Shown here: piece after piece, positions 12,905 through 26,330 of the stretch
How the letters are laid out: each line of letters starts with the position of its first letter
Numbering within the stretch: position 1 is the first letter of the stretch
Origin: Carcharhinus longimanus
Taxonomy: Eukaryota
NCBI GenBank assembly: GCA_030264375.1
Contig: JASCQW010000043.1
Location: forward strand, 78,979,069 to 79,043,068
Direction of reading: 5' to 3'
DNA: 64,000 nt
Translations under genes and position numbers: made by a program
Notes under the pieces: model-generated
The model's database searches: none
The model's input: only the letters and a program-made list of their open reading frames with translations
Told to the model about the DNA's origin: nothing

Positions 12905-15900
12905 TTTTTCTACACTCATTCTATAGAGTTCACAACAATACTACGCCATCTGATTCTCCTGATCAGTTAAATGAGCTTCAATCTATTCCCATGACTCAAA
13001 GATAAAAACAAATTGAAATGATCTTGGTTTCCAACCAATTATTGCTTGTAATATGCTTCTAAATATGGTGCAGCAATTTGTTTTCACTCATCTCCCAAGC
13101 AGAATGTTTCAGGAATTATATTGAACTTGAAACTACAGACAGACAGTCATCTGTTAAGATAGAGCAAAATGTGACCATACTATAATTCAACACCTCATCC
13201 CTGGCCTCCTTCTGCACTGTAGGATTTATGATCCAAAAGAGATATACCTGGTCATGTTGAATCTCCCTGGATGCAGAAAATACAGGAACATTTTTGAGGC
13301 TCTCTCACTGGTGTGCAACCTTCCATACCCAATTTCGGTCTATGGTACCGAGGTGATTCAAGATGGTTAAATGCAAATCCAAAATATTGCAGATGCTGGA
13401 ATCTCAACCCCCTCTCGAACCTTCTGCCTTCTTTTGAGATGCTTTTTCAAACCACTTCTTTGACGTAGCTTTTAGTCATTGTCCTGATATCTCCTAAAGT
13501 TGCTCAGTGGTTTTGTTTCATAACGCTGTTATCAACAGCATTGGTGTATTTTGTGTGCTTTATTACATTAGAGGTGCCACAAGTTGGTGTTATCAGAATT
13601 TGAATTGCAGGACACTTGGCCACCAGTTTTACTGAAAAATAATTTTTGAATTTCTTCCTATTAAGCAGCATCTATTCACCAGCACCCAATCAGCCCAACC
13701 ACAATTCGACCATTTTTTCAGCACTGCACACCAATCTCATATCAGGCTTTCATCATTAGATTACTGACAGGAAGACCCACCTTACAGCGAAGCAAAATGG
13801 ACAAAAATTGGCTAATCATTGAAACAAAATGCATTCACATTTCCTTCCTATAGAAATACCTGGAGTGAAATTCTTTTGGAGATTGCAGTGTGATTGATAG
13901 TCCTCCTACACTTCTACTTTTCCCTGGGGTTTTGCATCATATTGGCATTCCTCACTGCAGGAGAAACAGTCACACTTCCTAATGGCAGAGACAGCAATAA
14001 TGCTGAAAGGCAGCTGTCTGAGAGTGGTTACGTAATGTGGTCTGAGGCTGGATATTTCAATGCAGAAAACAGTACAGCTAATTATAGGAATGTTGAAAAC
14101 ATTCATGATGCCCCCTGAAAAATCACAGCACCAGTACTGACTTTCAGTGCAAGTAAATTGATCAGACTGCTCGCCCATCACAACAGCTATGCAAAGTAAT
14201 TATTCCGCAGAGTGATCAAGTTTAATAAGTATGGTACCTTGGATGTCATTTCCACTGCTGTTTTTAATATCTATCATTTTTTTCCCCCAAATGGTTTTTG
14301 GCGCAATTCTCTTCATTATTGTGCTTTCTGCATGGTTTTATCAGTTTCTATATGCTATTTAAATTAATTTAAATTTACCTAAAATCAAACCTCTTCCAAA
14401 TATTTTAACAGAGAACGGCGCAATATTAATGAATTGTTCGCAGCAACACACAGAACAACCTTACAGTCAATGAGTAATAGTCCCAAGATCTATCGGACTA
14501 ATAACAAAAATGCCCTGTTAGGAACTCTCTCAGTTAGCCAAAACATGCACTGTCTAACCAGCAGGAAAACTCAGATCTACAAAATAATTTCTTGAAGTGG
14601 AAAGATAAAATGGGAGTTCTCTGCCCGCACAAAGCTTTCCAATTTCCCACATGTTGCATTTACAATACTGACAAGAGGTTTGCACTGAGGCACCTTATTT
14701 AAATCTGCCTAATGGGTGTACACAACACTGGAGGCACACTTTGAGCGTTGGTCAGATACACAATGTAGGAGGGAACAGGAGTGCTGACTCTGTTCCTGCA
14801 GTACACGTCAATGGCTTCTTTTAAAAATGGACGGTACAAAATCTGAAAAACGTTCAATATTTTTGGAGTAACAGGCCACAGCTGAGGATCAGAGATGAAC
14901 CCCATCATTCCCTGGTCAATAAGCCAGCATCTCTCTTCACTGCACCATCAAATCAGAATGAAGAGCAGAATTTTTTGGATGGAGAGGTTTCCCCACCGTT
15001 AATTGGCTCAAAGCGAGATTCCCATCCCCATCTGGCCTTAAGGACTCCTGGCCAATCCTGATTGGCTGGCAGCTCTGTTGCCTCAGGTTCCAGTACTGCT
15101 GGAACCACAGCCAGTCCCTCAAGAAGCTAATGGACACCTTACTAAAATCTGGGGCTATGACAAGGCATGGCCTGCAGGCTCAAACTAGGACTGGTGAGGG
15201 GTGTAAAGAGGAATGGGAGGGGGGAGGGATCAAGGGCCCCCAAAGGAGGTAACTCCCCCTCCTTCCCTTGACATCAGTCCACATAGCTAAAGCTGCTATC
15301 TGCTTAGTGTTCATATATTTCCCCCTTTTGCTGCCGTGTCATGAATCAGATATAAAGTTGAAATCAAGTTGAAACACACTTTGCATATCAAATCACTGAA
15401 TGACTGATCTTATGGCCCTCACAGGGACAACTGAAGGCTGTGTGCAAAACACACCAGGAAATGCAGTGCTTACTGTCAGGGTTTGATACATGCTCCTCCT
15501 GACCCCAACTGCTGCCAATTCTTCTGTGCTGCTCCCAACACCCAACGCCCTACCTAGTCCACGTCCCACAGAGGAGCTGCCAGATCTCACACCCCCCTGA
15601 TCAGCAGGATGCATCTTACATTCACTCAATGTTGACAGCTCACTGAAAATACTCCAAAGGCAGCCAACCATGAAAACTGGGCAAGCCTTGTCCATGCAGT
15701 CGGGTTTGCAACTTCAAACTTCTGGCAGAGGGACCCGGACGTGCAAAGGTTCAATACTTCCCCACCCCTCACTGTTCATATTATAGACTAAGAGCTGGAC
15801 TTAGGCCGATGATCCAAGGATTTGAGAAACCACCATGGAAACCCCTGAACATATTCAGCACTATGGCTCAGTGAAAATTACCAATAAACCTCACAGCTCT

Positions 15901-16464
15901 GCCCTCATTTATCTCCTAGGGTGTGGAAGGTGTGAAGCTGTTACTGATATCAAACAATGGACATAATGTTAAGGACACTGTGCTAAAAACACTGGGAAGG
16001 CCTGTAATCACAAGCAGACGTCAACTCTGGCACGAATTACCACATTTTATCTTGCTGAGTGTAGTATTTGCCTCTGCATGGAATGTCCCTAAATGTACTT
16101 TCCTCGTGCTGGAGAGGTCAATGTGTAACGAAAGCACTGATGTGCTGGAGGTTCTTCTTCCTGTTTAATTCAAATGGTAAGTGGAGCTTCTCAAAAGTAC
16201 ACACATGTATGTCTGCCTCAGTGTGGTTTTTTTTATATGGTTTTGGCAATGGGGACAAAGAAGCAACAGACAAAAAGGAAAAAAGAATCAATTTTCATGC
16301 ACCCCAATCAACGACAATTACAAGCAACCCTCAGAAACAGCTTATTATCTTGGACCAGATCTTCAATACAATCTGGTTATCGCAGATTCAAGACACTTGC
16401 TAAGAAAATAAAGCCAAAAATAAAGAAAATATTTTCCAATATCTGTCTATATCCTAATATTCCC

Positions 16465-17710
16465 AGTTAAGATGGAATAGGAAAAGGATGGGAATATTTA
16501 GTTTTATTTTTGAAACTTAAATGCCTGAAAATAGCGTCAAGCTCATTGTGGATTTTTTCAGTGTTAATGTCATGCATTCAAATTAATTATTTTTTTTTAG
16601 AAGGGCCAATATCCTGCCCCAGACCTTGCGTCGTGTCCGACTGCCCCGGATACATATGAATTAACAGGCTGTGGTCAGCACAATCAACGCAACCTTGGAA
16701 GATTCCACTGATTTCTCAATAACCCACCAAGACTTCAATAAACAAAAGAGACAAGTAACTTCATTGAAACACTTGTCTATTTCATGAGGCATTCCTTTAT
16801 TCACCTTTGAAGATCTTTCCAAATGTTGCTCCGAATTGGACAGCCTCAAACACAGTCTACCTAGCAGGATTTCAATCTTGTCTCCCAAGACGACATTCCT
16901 CTGGATTTCTAAGTCTGCACTCCAACATTAACTCTCAAGCAGAACTTCAGCTGTGCCGAGCAGTACATTACTGCTCCAAAGGAGAACCTTCACCCTGGCG
17001 GCCCACAGCAGGGAGTCAACAAACTTCTGCTGCTTCCTTGGATCTTCAGGGCCTTTTTTGAGCCCCTATTACTTCAAATTTGCCGACCACAGCCCTTGTT
17101 CTGCTTGACGTCTCTCTCTGCTGCTCTCTCTTTTAATCAGGACCTCTCCGTGTCCACTCTGCCTATACCCTATCTGCGACTCTACTTTTGGGACCTCTCT
17201 CTGTCCTCTCCCTGGGACTGCTCTCAATATGGCGCTCCACTCCCTGGTCACATGATTTGGTTTACTTTATTCGCAGGTGCCCATCCTTGGCCCAAACAAC
17301 CACAAACCAGCCTATTGCGCATGTGTTGCCCACTCATGATCCATTCATGTGTAGAAGCTCCCAAAGTCTGCCAGGATTTGGGCGTTCCATTCCCCTGCTT
17401 GCCAATAAGGTAAGTTTGGAATCACATAACCAGTATATTTGCTTCCCACTGAATAACCCAGCTTTGGGTAGACTGCACTGGACCATAATACCAACTGATA
17501 GATTCTGAGGATGCTGACGGAAGCAAGAATCATTTTACTATCTTTTCAAGAGTTTTGCAGGCAGGATATCGGCCCTTCTAAAAAATAATTAATTTGAATG
17601 CATGACGTTAATACTCAAAAAATCCACAATGAGCTTTATGCTGTTTTCAGGCGTTTAAGTTTTAAAAATATAAGTAAATATTCCCATCCTTTTCCTATTC
17701 CATCTTGACT
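16465..17710. repeat. Long inverted repeat: arms 16465-16618 and 17560-17710
   Basis: gatggaataggaaaaggatgggaatattta...agaagggccaatatcctgcc versus ggcaggatatcggcccttct...taaatattcccatccttttcctattccatc. About 90% identity by manual alignment. Confidence 0.92.
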
Positions 17711-17889
17711 CAGCATCTCGGTTCGTCTCCTCTCTTTCTGTGGGCAAACATTGAACCTCGCATTGATAGCACAGACCCTGTCACCCCTTCTGGTCAAGAC
17801 CAATATCAATCATGGATGCAAACTGGTTTTCAACAGCTCCACATCCCAGTTTAGCAGATCAGCTCAGTACACTAGACCCTTGTCACTTT

Positions 17890-18193
17890 GAATCAAAGAA
17901 TCTTAAAATCCCTAAAGTGAAGAAAGAGGTCATTTGACCCATCGAGTTTACACCAACAACAATCCCACCCAGGTCCTATCCTCCTAACCCCTGCTAATCC
18001 CCCTGGCACTAAGGGGCAATTTATCATGGTCAATCCACTTAACCCGCACTGTGGGAGGAGACCAGAGCACCAGGAGAAAACCTACGCAGACACGGGGAGA
18101 ACGTGCAAAAGCCACACAGACAGTAACCCAAGGCTGGAATTAAACATGAGTCCATGGCACTACGAGGCAGCAGTGCTAACCACTGTGCCATCC
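17890..18193 (-). mobile_element. HE1/V-SINE-type SINE
   Basis: Ends in gcagcagtgctaaccactgtgcca; same family in reverse orientation. Confidence 0.85.
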
Positions 18194-18779
18194 TTGAACG
18201 GGTTGAACGCCAGTGCTATATCAAGGCTATATACTTTGTTTACATCAGGGCTATAAATTTTGTGGCTCCAATGGTTCTCTTTCTATGCCTTCGCAAATAT
18301 AGGAATCCTTCCCAAATCTCTAAGCCAGGTGAGCAAAGAAAAATGCAGCAAAAACAAGAGGAAAAGAGACTGAGAAAAGCAGTGAAAAAGAGCAATACGG
18401 GATTTCTTTTATCATCTCTTCTTACAGATCATTTGATGCGTTACAACTTACCACTTCTACATATGTTTATGGTTTTAACATGAGACCATGTCCCTGGTAC
18501 ATGGCCTGTGACTGAAGCTCTCTCACCCAAGGTCTGTCCAATGTTAACAGTTCAAATTAAACCAAGCTGGACACACTGCAGTGTGCACCCTCAAGCTACT
18601 ACAGCTCTGGTAATTCTCAAACATCAGTGTGTTGTACTCGACATGCTTACGCATATTCACAGCAGGGACTGGAATTTTATACTGCCAAAGGGGATGGGAG
18701 TTCCGCAACACATCTACGGTTACACAAATCTCAAACAGGAATATGGTTATTCTGTATAGTTTGAGGCCATCACGCTGAA

Positions 18780-19160
18780 AAGGTAAAGTGCTCTGATCAG
18801 GTCGTGGTTTGAACATTGCATTCTGTTCTGATCACAGAGACGCAAGTGAGATTATCCAAATTTAGAAATGGTGCAGGGAGGAGCCATAGGATGCTGTTCC
18901 TCAGAACTAGTGACAGTTAGAAAAACTGGGATTTTTCAGACTGGAAAGGAGACAAATTTTTAGAGGATTTTATAGATTTATACAGAATACAGAAAAGGTT
19001 AACTGTGAGCACTAGTTCAAGTGAAAGCTTCAAAGGTCCTTTAGACTAAAGGTCAAGTTGACATTGGAACAACAGATAAAAGCCAAATTTAGAACCAAGT
19101 TTAGAAACATTTATTTGTTGACAGCGTGATTAATACCGAGAAGAGTCCTCCAGGTAGGAG
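18780..19160 (+). mobile_element. Very decayed CR1/L2-clade 3' fragment
   Basis: ctgatcaggtcgtggtttgaacattgcattctgttctgatca resembles LVRPxLEYCxQFWS; ttagaaaaactgggatttttcagactggaaaggaga. Confidence 0.5.
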
Positions 19161-19387
19161 TAGGGGAGTGAAGGCAAAGGGTCTCATCTGTACTTAGTAC
19201 TGTAAATGTTTGTCACAGTTACATGTTTCAAGATGACAAGAGTGATCATCTCTCTCCCACTTCAACAAAGTGTTGTTTTAAATCAACTCTTTCAGGGAGA
19301 AAAGCCAACAAGCCCTCTTGATAGCTCAATAAGGTCCTGAACCATACAGAGTAGAAAGATTCCAAGTTTGATTCCAAACAGTACCAA

Positions 19388-20360
19388 GCATCATGCAAAC
19401 CAGCCTCCCATCCATTGACTCTGTATACACCTCCCGCTGCCTCGGCAAAGCAGCCAGCATAATTAAGGACCTCGTGCACCCTGGACATTCTCTCTTCCAC
19501 CTTCTTCCTTCAGGAGAAAGAAACAGAAGTCTGAGACCATGTACCAACTGACTCAAGAACAGCTTCTTCCTGGTTTCTGCCAGACTTGTGAGTGGACTTA
19601 CCTTGCATTAAATTGATCTTTCTCTACACCCTAGCTTTGACTGTGACACTACATTCTGCATCCTCCCCTCTCCTTCTCTATNNNNNNNNNNNNNNNNNNN
19701 NNNNNNNNNNNNNNNNNNNNNNNNNNNNNNNNNNNNNNNNNNNNNNNNNNNNNNNNNNNNNNNNNNNNNNNNNNNNNNNNNNNNNNNNNNNNNNNNNNNN
19801 NNNNNNNNNNNNNNNNNNNNNNNNNNNNNNNNNNNNNNNNNNNNNNNNNNNNNNNNNNNNNNNNNNNNNNNNNNNNNNNNNNNNNNNNNNNNNNNNNNNN
19901 NNNNNNNNNNNNNNNNNNNNNNNNNNNNNNNNNNNNNNNNNNNNNNNNNNNNNNNNNNNNNNNNNNNNNNNNNNNNNNNNNNNNNNNNNNNNNNNNNNNN
20001 NNNNNNNNNNNNNNNNNNNNNNNNNNNNNNNNNNNNNNNNNNNNNNNNNNNNNNNNNNNNNNNNNNNNNNNNNNNNNNNNNNNNNNNNNNNNNNNNNNNN
20101 NNNNNNNNNNNNNNNNNNNNNNNNNNNNNNNNNNNNNNNNNNNNNNNNNNNNNNNNNNNNNNNNNNNNNNNNNNNNNNNNNNNNNNNNNNNNNNNNNNNN
20201 NNNNNNNNNNNNNNNNNNNNNNNNNNNNNNNNNNNNNNNNNNNNNNNNNNNNNNNNNNNNNNNNNNNNNNNNNNNNNNNNNNNNNNNCTCATTTCCTTCT
20301 TTATGAGCAGTATGTTTTGCCTGTATAGCACGCAAGAAACAATACTTCTCAGTGTATGTG
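19388..20360 (+). mobile_element. Rex1/Babar LINE 3' fragment spanning an N-gap
   Basis: Matches 160-500 (cagcctcccatccattgactctgt...ctcggcaaagcagccagcataattaagga). Confidence 0.8.
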
Positions 20361-22234
20361 TGGAATTCACTACCACAGAAAGCTGTTGACGCCGAAACTC
20401 AAGGAGTAATTAGATATAGCTCTTGGGACTAAAAGGATCAAAATATATTGGGGGAGGGGAGGAGGAGGATCAGGATATTGAACTTGATGATCAGCCATGG
20501 TCAAAATGAATATTGGAGCAGGCTTGAAGGGCTGAATGGCCTACTCCTGCTTCTATTTTCTATGTTTCAATGTTTGTATGTTTTTATCTCATCACAACAA
20601 GGAGCTAACATGTTTGAAGCAGCAAANNNNNNNNNNCAAACTGGTGAGGAGGACTGATTCTTTGTCCCCCGCCCACCCACCCTCAGACATATTGTACAAT
20701 TTATCCATTTCATAGTGTAACAATAAAATGGAGTTCCTTTTATCACTGCCCCCCCACTGTGTGCATGTTGGTGTTACTTCATAAGATTCACACAACGATT
20801 TCATTTTATTTCTGGGAGACTCCTAAGTTCCCACACTAGCTGCCAAGCTTGTAAGTGTGCTGTTCTGAAGCTTAACATATTGTTTTGCTGTAAAGAAATC
20901 TGATTTATATTGACCCTGGGAGACGTATATGTGTCATTTAGATTTATATCAGCTATGTGAGGGGCCTACGTTCACCTCCAGCTGCAGCAGGTATAAATAT
21001 GTGGAGCCCTGGTTCACAGCAGATGCCTGAAAACAATAAAATCACTCAAGTACTTGATGAGATTCAGCTATTTTCAAAATGAAACAGTGGAAATAGTTAG
21101 AGGGGGTGGGGAGGGGAGGTGGGAAATCCCTCTGGGCATGGAATGTGTTTAATGGATTAGCTGCATACTTGATGTATGAGAAAGAAAGGGGAAAAGAATG
21201 AGGCCAAGAGAGCAAATTCTTGCCCCAATTTTTGGGGCTTAATATATGGTGTTAGGATGGCTGACTGAAACTCCATATAGAAGACGGGTCACAGCCAGCA
21301 ATGAAATTGACGGTGATAAATATGTCCATCAGGACACTGAGTAAATCAACAAAGTGATTGTGGCTCCATAGGATAAGCTTAGCAATGGGAATGGAGCCTC
21401 ACAAAAATCAGCCCTTGTCTTGATGAAGAGGGTAAGCTTTCTAGTGCCTCAGTGTCAGGCAGCTGCTTGCATACATGGTTTCTGTGTATAATCTACACAA
21501 ACTGAGATCAGAGCTGACAGCAATCGTCAATCGTTTCATACAGGACGCCAAGGAGGTTTGTTAAGAACAGCCTCTAACGGTGCTCCATAGAACAGCTGCA
21601 GGAGTCTCATTTTGTTGCGGGGTGGAACTGTGGGGTTGTGCTTTCTTCTGAAATGGGAAAATGTACTTAGCCATCAATCTATTTATTTATAATCTATCTT
21701 CTATCTATTTAGAAGGGAGTGGGGAGGGCTGAGAACTGTTTAAACATTACTGCTCAGTTACTGGATGTGTGCACTCACTCTTAGCATTAACCTGAAGCAT
21801 GATTTTGCCAGCAAAAGAGTGAACAAATAATGGGTACAGCGTAAGTTACCCATTTTGCTCTGTTGGTTTTCCATGAGAACCCGCACATATCTAAAATCTT
21901 ATTCAACATGTAGCTGTGAATCAAACATCATCCACCTATTACTCTTATGCTTAACTTGGTCAGAGGTGTACTGCGCCATATTAGTTAGTGATGTCTTGGG
22001 TATCAGAACATTCACAGAATATTCTACGGAGAAATAAGCTGAATTTTTAAAAAATGTTCAGTAATATCGCTGGCACAAGGAGGTTGGGTGTTACATCAGC
22101 AGAAACCAGGCTAAATTCTTCCACCCCTGAAGGTTTGCTTTGGCACTTGTTGTTAGTGGCAGTGTTAACCATAGTGACGCAATTTTTTCTGCTAAATATT
22201 TGAAGCAAAATCTCTTTAGTTTTTCCAATGTTGT

Positions 22235-22706
22235 CCACAGTAACTTCATTGCAGTGTTAATATAATGGCATAGTGGATTAGCACTGCTGCCTCATAGCGC
22301 CAGGGATTCCTGGCTTGGGTCACTGTCTGTGCGTAGTTTGCACGTTCTCCCTGTGTCTGCATGGGTTTCCTCCTGCAGTCCAAAGATGTGCGTTTGAGGT
22401 GGATTGGCCATGCTAAATTGTCCCTCAGTGTCCAAAACATATAGGTTAGGTGGAATGGCTATGCTAATGAGTTAGAGGAGAAGCTGGACAGACTGGGATT
22501 TTGAGGGCGGCACAGTGGAGCTCCAGTTTCCTCCCAGTCTAAACATGTGTGGATCAGGTGGATTGCTAAATTGTCCCTTAGTGTCAGGGGATTAGCTAGG
22601 GTAAATGTGTGGTGCTGTGAGGATAGGGCCTGCGTGGGATTGTGGCCAGCGTGGACTCAATGGGTTGAATGGTCTCCTTCTGCACTGTGGGATTCTATGA
22701 TTCTTA
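22235..22706 (+). mobile_element. Two tandem HE1-type SINE fragments
   Basis: tggcatagtggattagcactgctg at ~22266; a second, internally deleted copy from ~22505 ends in gattctatgattc. Confidence 0.75.
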
Positions 22707-23564
22707 TGACCCTAATAAATAAATTTAAACTTAATTTATGATATAACTAAAAACAGAAATCTCAGAAATCTTGCCGGCAAGTTTAGGATGTTCTTAACGG
22801 TGTTCTCTGGAAGCTTCCCAAATATCACCTTTTATTTTTAGCAACCAGGAGATCAAAGCAAATCAAAGCCTCCATTATGAATTAAATGTTATTTAAGTGC
22901 AGTATACTAATGAGATATGTTACTATAAAACTTTATTGCTTTCTAAGGAACTACAGTTGCTAAATTATCTTGGATGCACCAATGTTTGTTCACCTCACAA
23001 TCTAACTGAAATATTTTTCAAATAAACTATTTATCCCGTGAAACCTCCAGTAATCCTGAGTCATTGCTCATTGGGCTTTATTGTGTGATATTTCTCACCA
23101 GAAGATAAATCAGATTAGCATGCTCCAACTGTTTGTACAGTGAGGACCTTATAGGCAGAATTTGAACTCTTAGTCCCAACCTAACAAGGCAGATGTACTT
23201 AGAGGAAACGGCAGGCATGTTGTGATGGCCACGTCATAGATTGAGAGTTGTAAAAGATTTAATGACTGCACTAAGACCAAAAGGTTGAAGGTTAGATCAC
23301 CCACAGGTAACATCTATCATTCTCTCACTTCCTTAGCCTTCACTTGTACAGCACCCTTCTGACTAACATATGCTTTCTTTCCTCCCTCAATCTCCATCTC
23401 AACAGGCACCACTCAGACTCAACCTCATCCTATTGGCCTCCCGTACCCATTTCTCACAGCCACCCTCCGCAAATGATCTTGTTCCATCCTCATAACCTCA
23501 TTCCAGTCCTCACAGTCAGAATTCTCTAACTTTTCTCATTGCAGAAGATGGTGCGCAACTTCAG

Positions 23565-23865
23565 GGAGGGGCACGGAGCCTGGGGTGACGATCCATGTGG
23601 AGTCTGCACATTCTTCTGTACCCGTGTGGGTTTCTCGGGGTCCTCCGCTTTCCTCCCACACTCCCAGGATGTGCAGGTTAGGTGGATTGGCTATGCTCAA
23701 TTGCCTTATAGAGTCCCAAGATGAGTAAGTTAGGGGGATTAGCTACAGTAAATGTGCAAGGTTAGGGGGATAGGGCGGGAGAGTGGACCTGAGTAAGATT
23801 TTGTTTGGAGACTCAGCGCAGAATTTATGGGTCAAATGGCCTCCTCCTGCACATTGCAATTCTAT
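23565..23865 (+). mobile_element. HE1-type SINE, head partly deleted
   Basis: tggagtctgcacattc...ggtggattggctatgct...aatggcctcctcctgcac. Confidence 0.75.
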
Positions 23866-23988
23866 GGCAAAGACTTATTAGTTTCACACTGGGACAAACT
23901 GTGAAGTGAATCCCCATGTTAATGACATTGTATAAATGCTTATTTCAATGACTGAAAAAGTTTTTTTTGAATTCCTCATCTTGCTACA

Positions 23989-25599
23989 GTGTAGGAGCAA
24001 GAGCACAGCGGGTAGTGATTGCTTAATAAAGTCGTCACACTGAGAAGTCGACAAAGATTGAAACCTGTAAACTTGTTAGCCACAGTGAAAGGCCTGTGTT
24101 GTCTGGATCACTTCTGTCAGCCTGTAATCACTTGTTTCAAAGCCATTTGCGATTTACATAATAACATAAGAAATAGGAGCAGAAGGCCATCTGGCCATTC
24201 GAGCCTGCCCCGCCATTCAATAAGATCATGGCTGATNNNNNNNNNNNNNNNNNNNNNNNNNNNNNNNNNNNNNNNNNNNNNNNNNNNNNNNNNNNNNNNN
24301 NNNNNNNNNNNNNNNNNNNNNNNNNNNNNNNNNNNNNNNNNNNNNNNNNNNNNNNNNNNNNNNNNNNNNNNNNNNNNNNNNNNNNNNNNNNNNNNNNNNN
24401 NNNNNNNNNNNNNNNNNNNNNNNNNNNNNNNNNNNNNNNNNNNNNNNNNNNNNNNNNNNNNNNNNNNNNNNNNNNNNNNNNNNNNNNNNNNNNNNNNNNN
24501 NNNNNNNNNNNNNNNNNNNNNNNNNNNNNNNNNNNNNNNNNNNNNNNNNNNNNNNNNNNNNNNNNNNNNNNNNNNNNNNNNNNNNNNNNNNNNNNNNNNN
24601 NNNNNNNNNNNNNNNNNNNNNNNNNNNNNNNNNNNNNNNNNNNNNNNNNNNNNNNNNNNNNNNNNNNNNNNNNNNNNNNNNNNNNNNNNNNNNNNNNNNN
24701 NNNNNNNNNNNNNNNNNNNNNNNNNNNNNNNNNNNNNNNNNNNNNNNNNNNNNNNNNNNNNNNNNNNNNNNNNNNNNNNNNNNNNNNNNNNNNNNNNNNN
24801 NNNNNNNNNNNNNNNNNNNNNNNNNNNNNNNNNNNNNNNNNNNNNNNNNNNNNNNNNNNNNNNNNNNNNNNNNNNNNNNNNNNNNNNNNNNNNNNNNNNN
24901 NNNNNNNNNNNNNNNNNNNNNNNNNNNNNNNNNNNNNNNNNNNNNNNNNNNNNNNNNNNNNNNNNNNNNNNNNNNNNNNNNNNNNNNNNNNNNNNNNNNN
25001 NNNNNNNNNNNNNNNNNNNNNNNNNNNNNNNNNNNNNNNNNNNNNNNNNNNNNNNNNNNNNNNNNNNNNNNNNNNNNNNNNNNNNNNNNNNNNNNNNNNN
25101 NNNNNNNNNNNNNNNNNNNNNNNNNNNNNNNNNNNNNNNNNNNNNNNNNNNNNNNNNNNNNNNNNNNNNNNNNNNNNNNNNNNNNNNNNNNNNNNNNNNN
25201 NNNNNNNNNNNNNNNACACCAGGTTAAAGTCCATCATGGACTTTAACCTGCTGTTGTGAAACTTCTTACTGTGTTTACCCCAGTCCAACGCCAGCACCTC
25301 CACAACATGATCTCCTCACAGGCCCAGGCTGCTGCTGTTTAGTTGGTCCCATGCTACATTGAAGGCTGAAAGCAAGAGAGTTGAGGTGCCGGCTGGTAAA
25401 CTTTAAGCCACTTCAAAGTAACTCCATGAAGTCGCAAATGGCTTTGAAACAAGTGTTTACAGGCTGACAGAAGTGATCCGGACAGCACAGGCTTTTCACT
25501 GTGGCTAACAACAAACTTACAGGTTTCAATTTTTGTCAACTTCTCAGCGTGACAATTTTATTAAGCAATCACTATCCACTGTGCTCTTGCCTCCTACAC
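23989..25599. repeat. Long inverted repeat: arms 23989-24155 and 25429-25599
   Basis: gtgtaggagcaagagcacag...tttcaaagccatttgcga versus tcgcaaatggctttgaaa...ctgtgctcttgcctcctacac. About 90% identity by eye. Confidence 0.92.
25216..25307. mobile_element. Penelope-like terminal fragment with fold-back
   Basis: caggttaaagtcca-tca-tggactttaacctg hairpin followed by actgtgtttaccccagtccaacgccagcacctccaca. Confidence 0.6.
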
Positions 25600-26055
25600 C
25601 TTGGCGAGACACAGAGATTGTGGGTACCCAGATGCTGGCAGTTAGAGCTACAACACTGGGTTAAAGTTCAACTGAACTAAATGAACCCTTTGAAAATTTG
25701 AATTTGTTTCCTGAAAGCTGCTGGAGGGGAGGGGTTCGTTCGCTTGTGTCTGAAACTGCCTGGGTGAAACCTGGAACAGTGCAGGATGACCATGTTTTCC
25801 CGATCGGGGGTCACTTTTCCAGAACTTCACCCTGCTCTGACACCTGTGTTCACCTCCACTTTCCCATTAATATTCTCCACTAAGGATCAGTAAGGGGCAG
25901 TCTCAAAGCATAAGAGCCTGAACAAGAAACTCTATTCTGACAGTGTTAAAGCTAGCATGTTGACCAGTGGTTTACTGTAACTGCAAATACTTGGTCAAAA
26001 TACGGAAACCTAGCTTAGCAACGTGATTTAACAACCACAAGATGATTGCACCTTC

Positions 26056-26330
26056 ATCACAGAAACCCTACAGAGCAGGAGGCCATTTGATTCTGCACTG
26101 AGATCCTATTCCCACAATCCCACACAATTACCCCGCTAATCCCTCTAACCTACATATCCCGGGTCAGTTTAGCATGGCCAATCAACTAACCTGCACATCT
26201 TTGGACTGTGGGAGGAAACCCACGCATACATGGGTAGAACATGCAAACTCTGCACAAACAGTGACCCAAGCCAGGAATTAAACCCAGATCCCTGGAGCTG
26301 CGAGGCAGCAGTGCTGACCACTAGGCCATA
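26056..26330 (-). mobile_element. HE1-type SINE
   Basis: ttagcatggccaatcaac...gaggcagcagtgctgacca. Confidence 0.8.

Noticed and set aside
15923-16470. Overlapping 76-111 aa ORFs beside the first inverted repeat
   Set aside because: No recognisable protein motif or consistent splice signals.
19592-25303. Long ORFs (228-402 aa) in the ORF track, and similar ones at 39492-40399, 43561-44394 and 55705-56309
   Set aside because: They are open only because they run through N-gaps.
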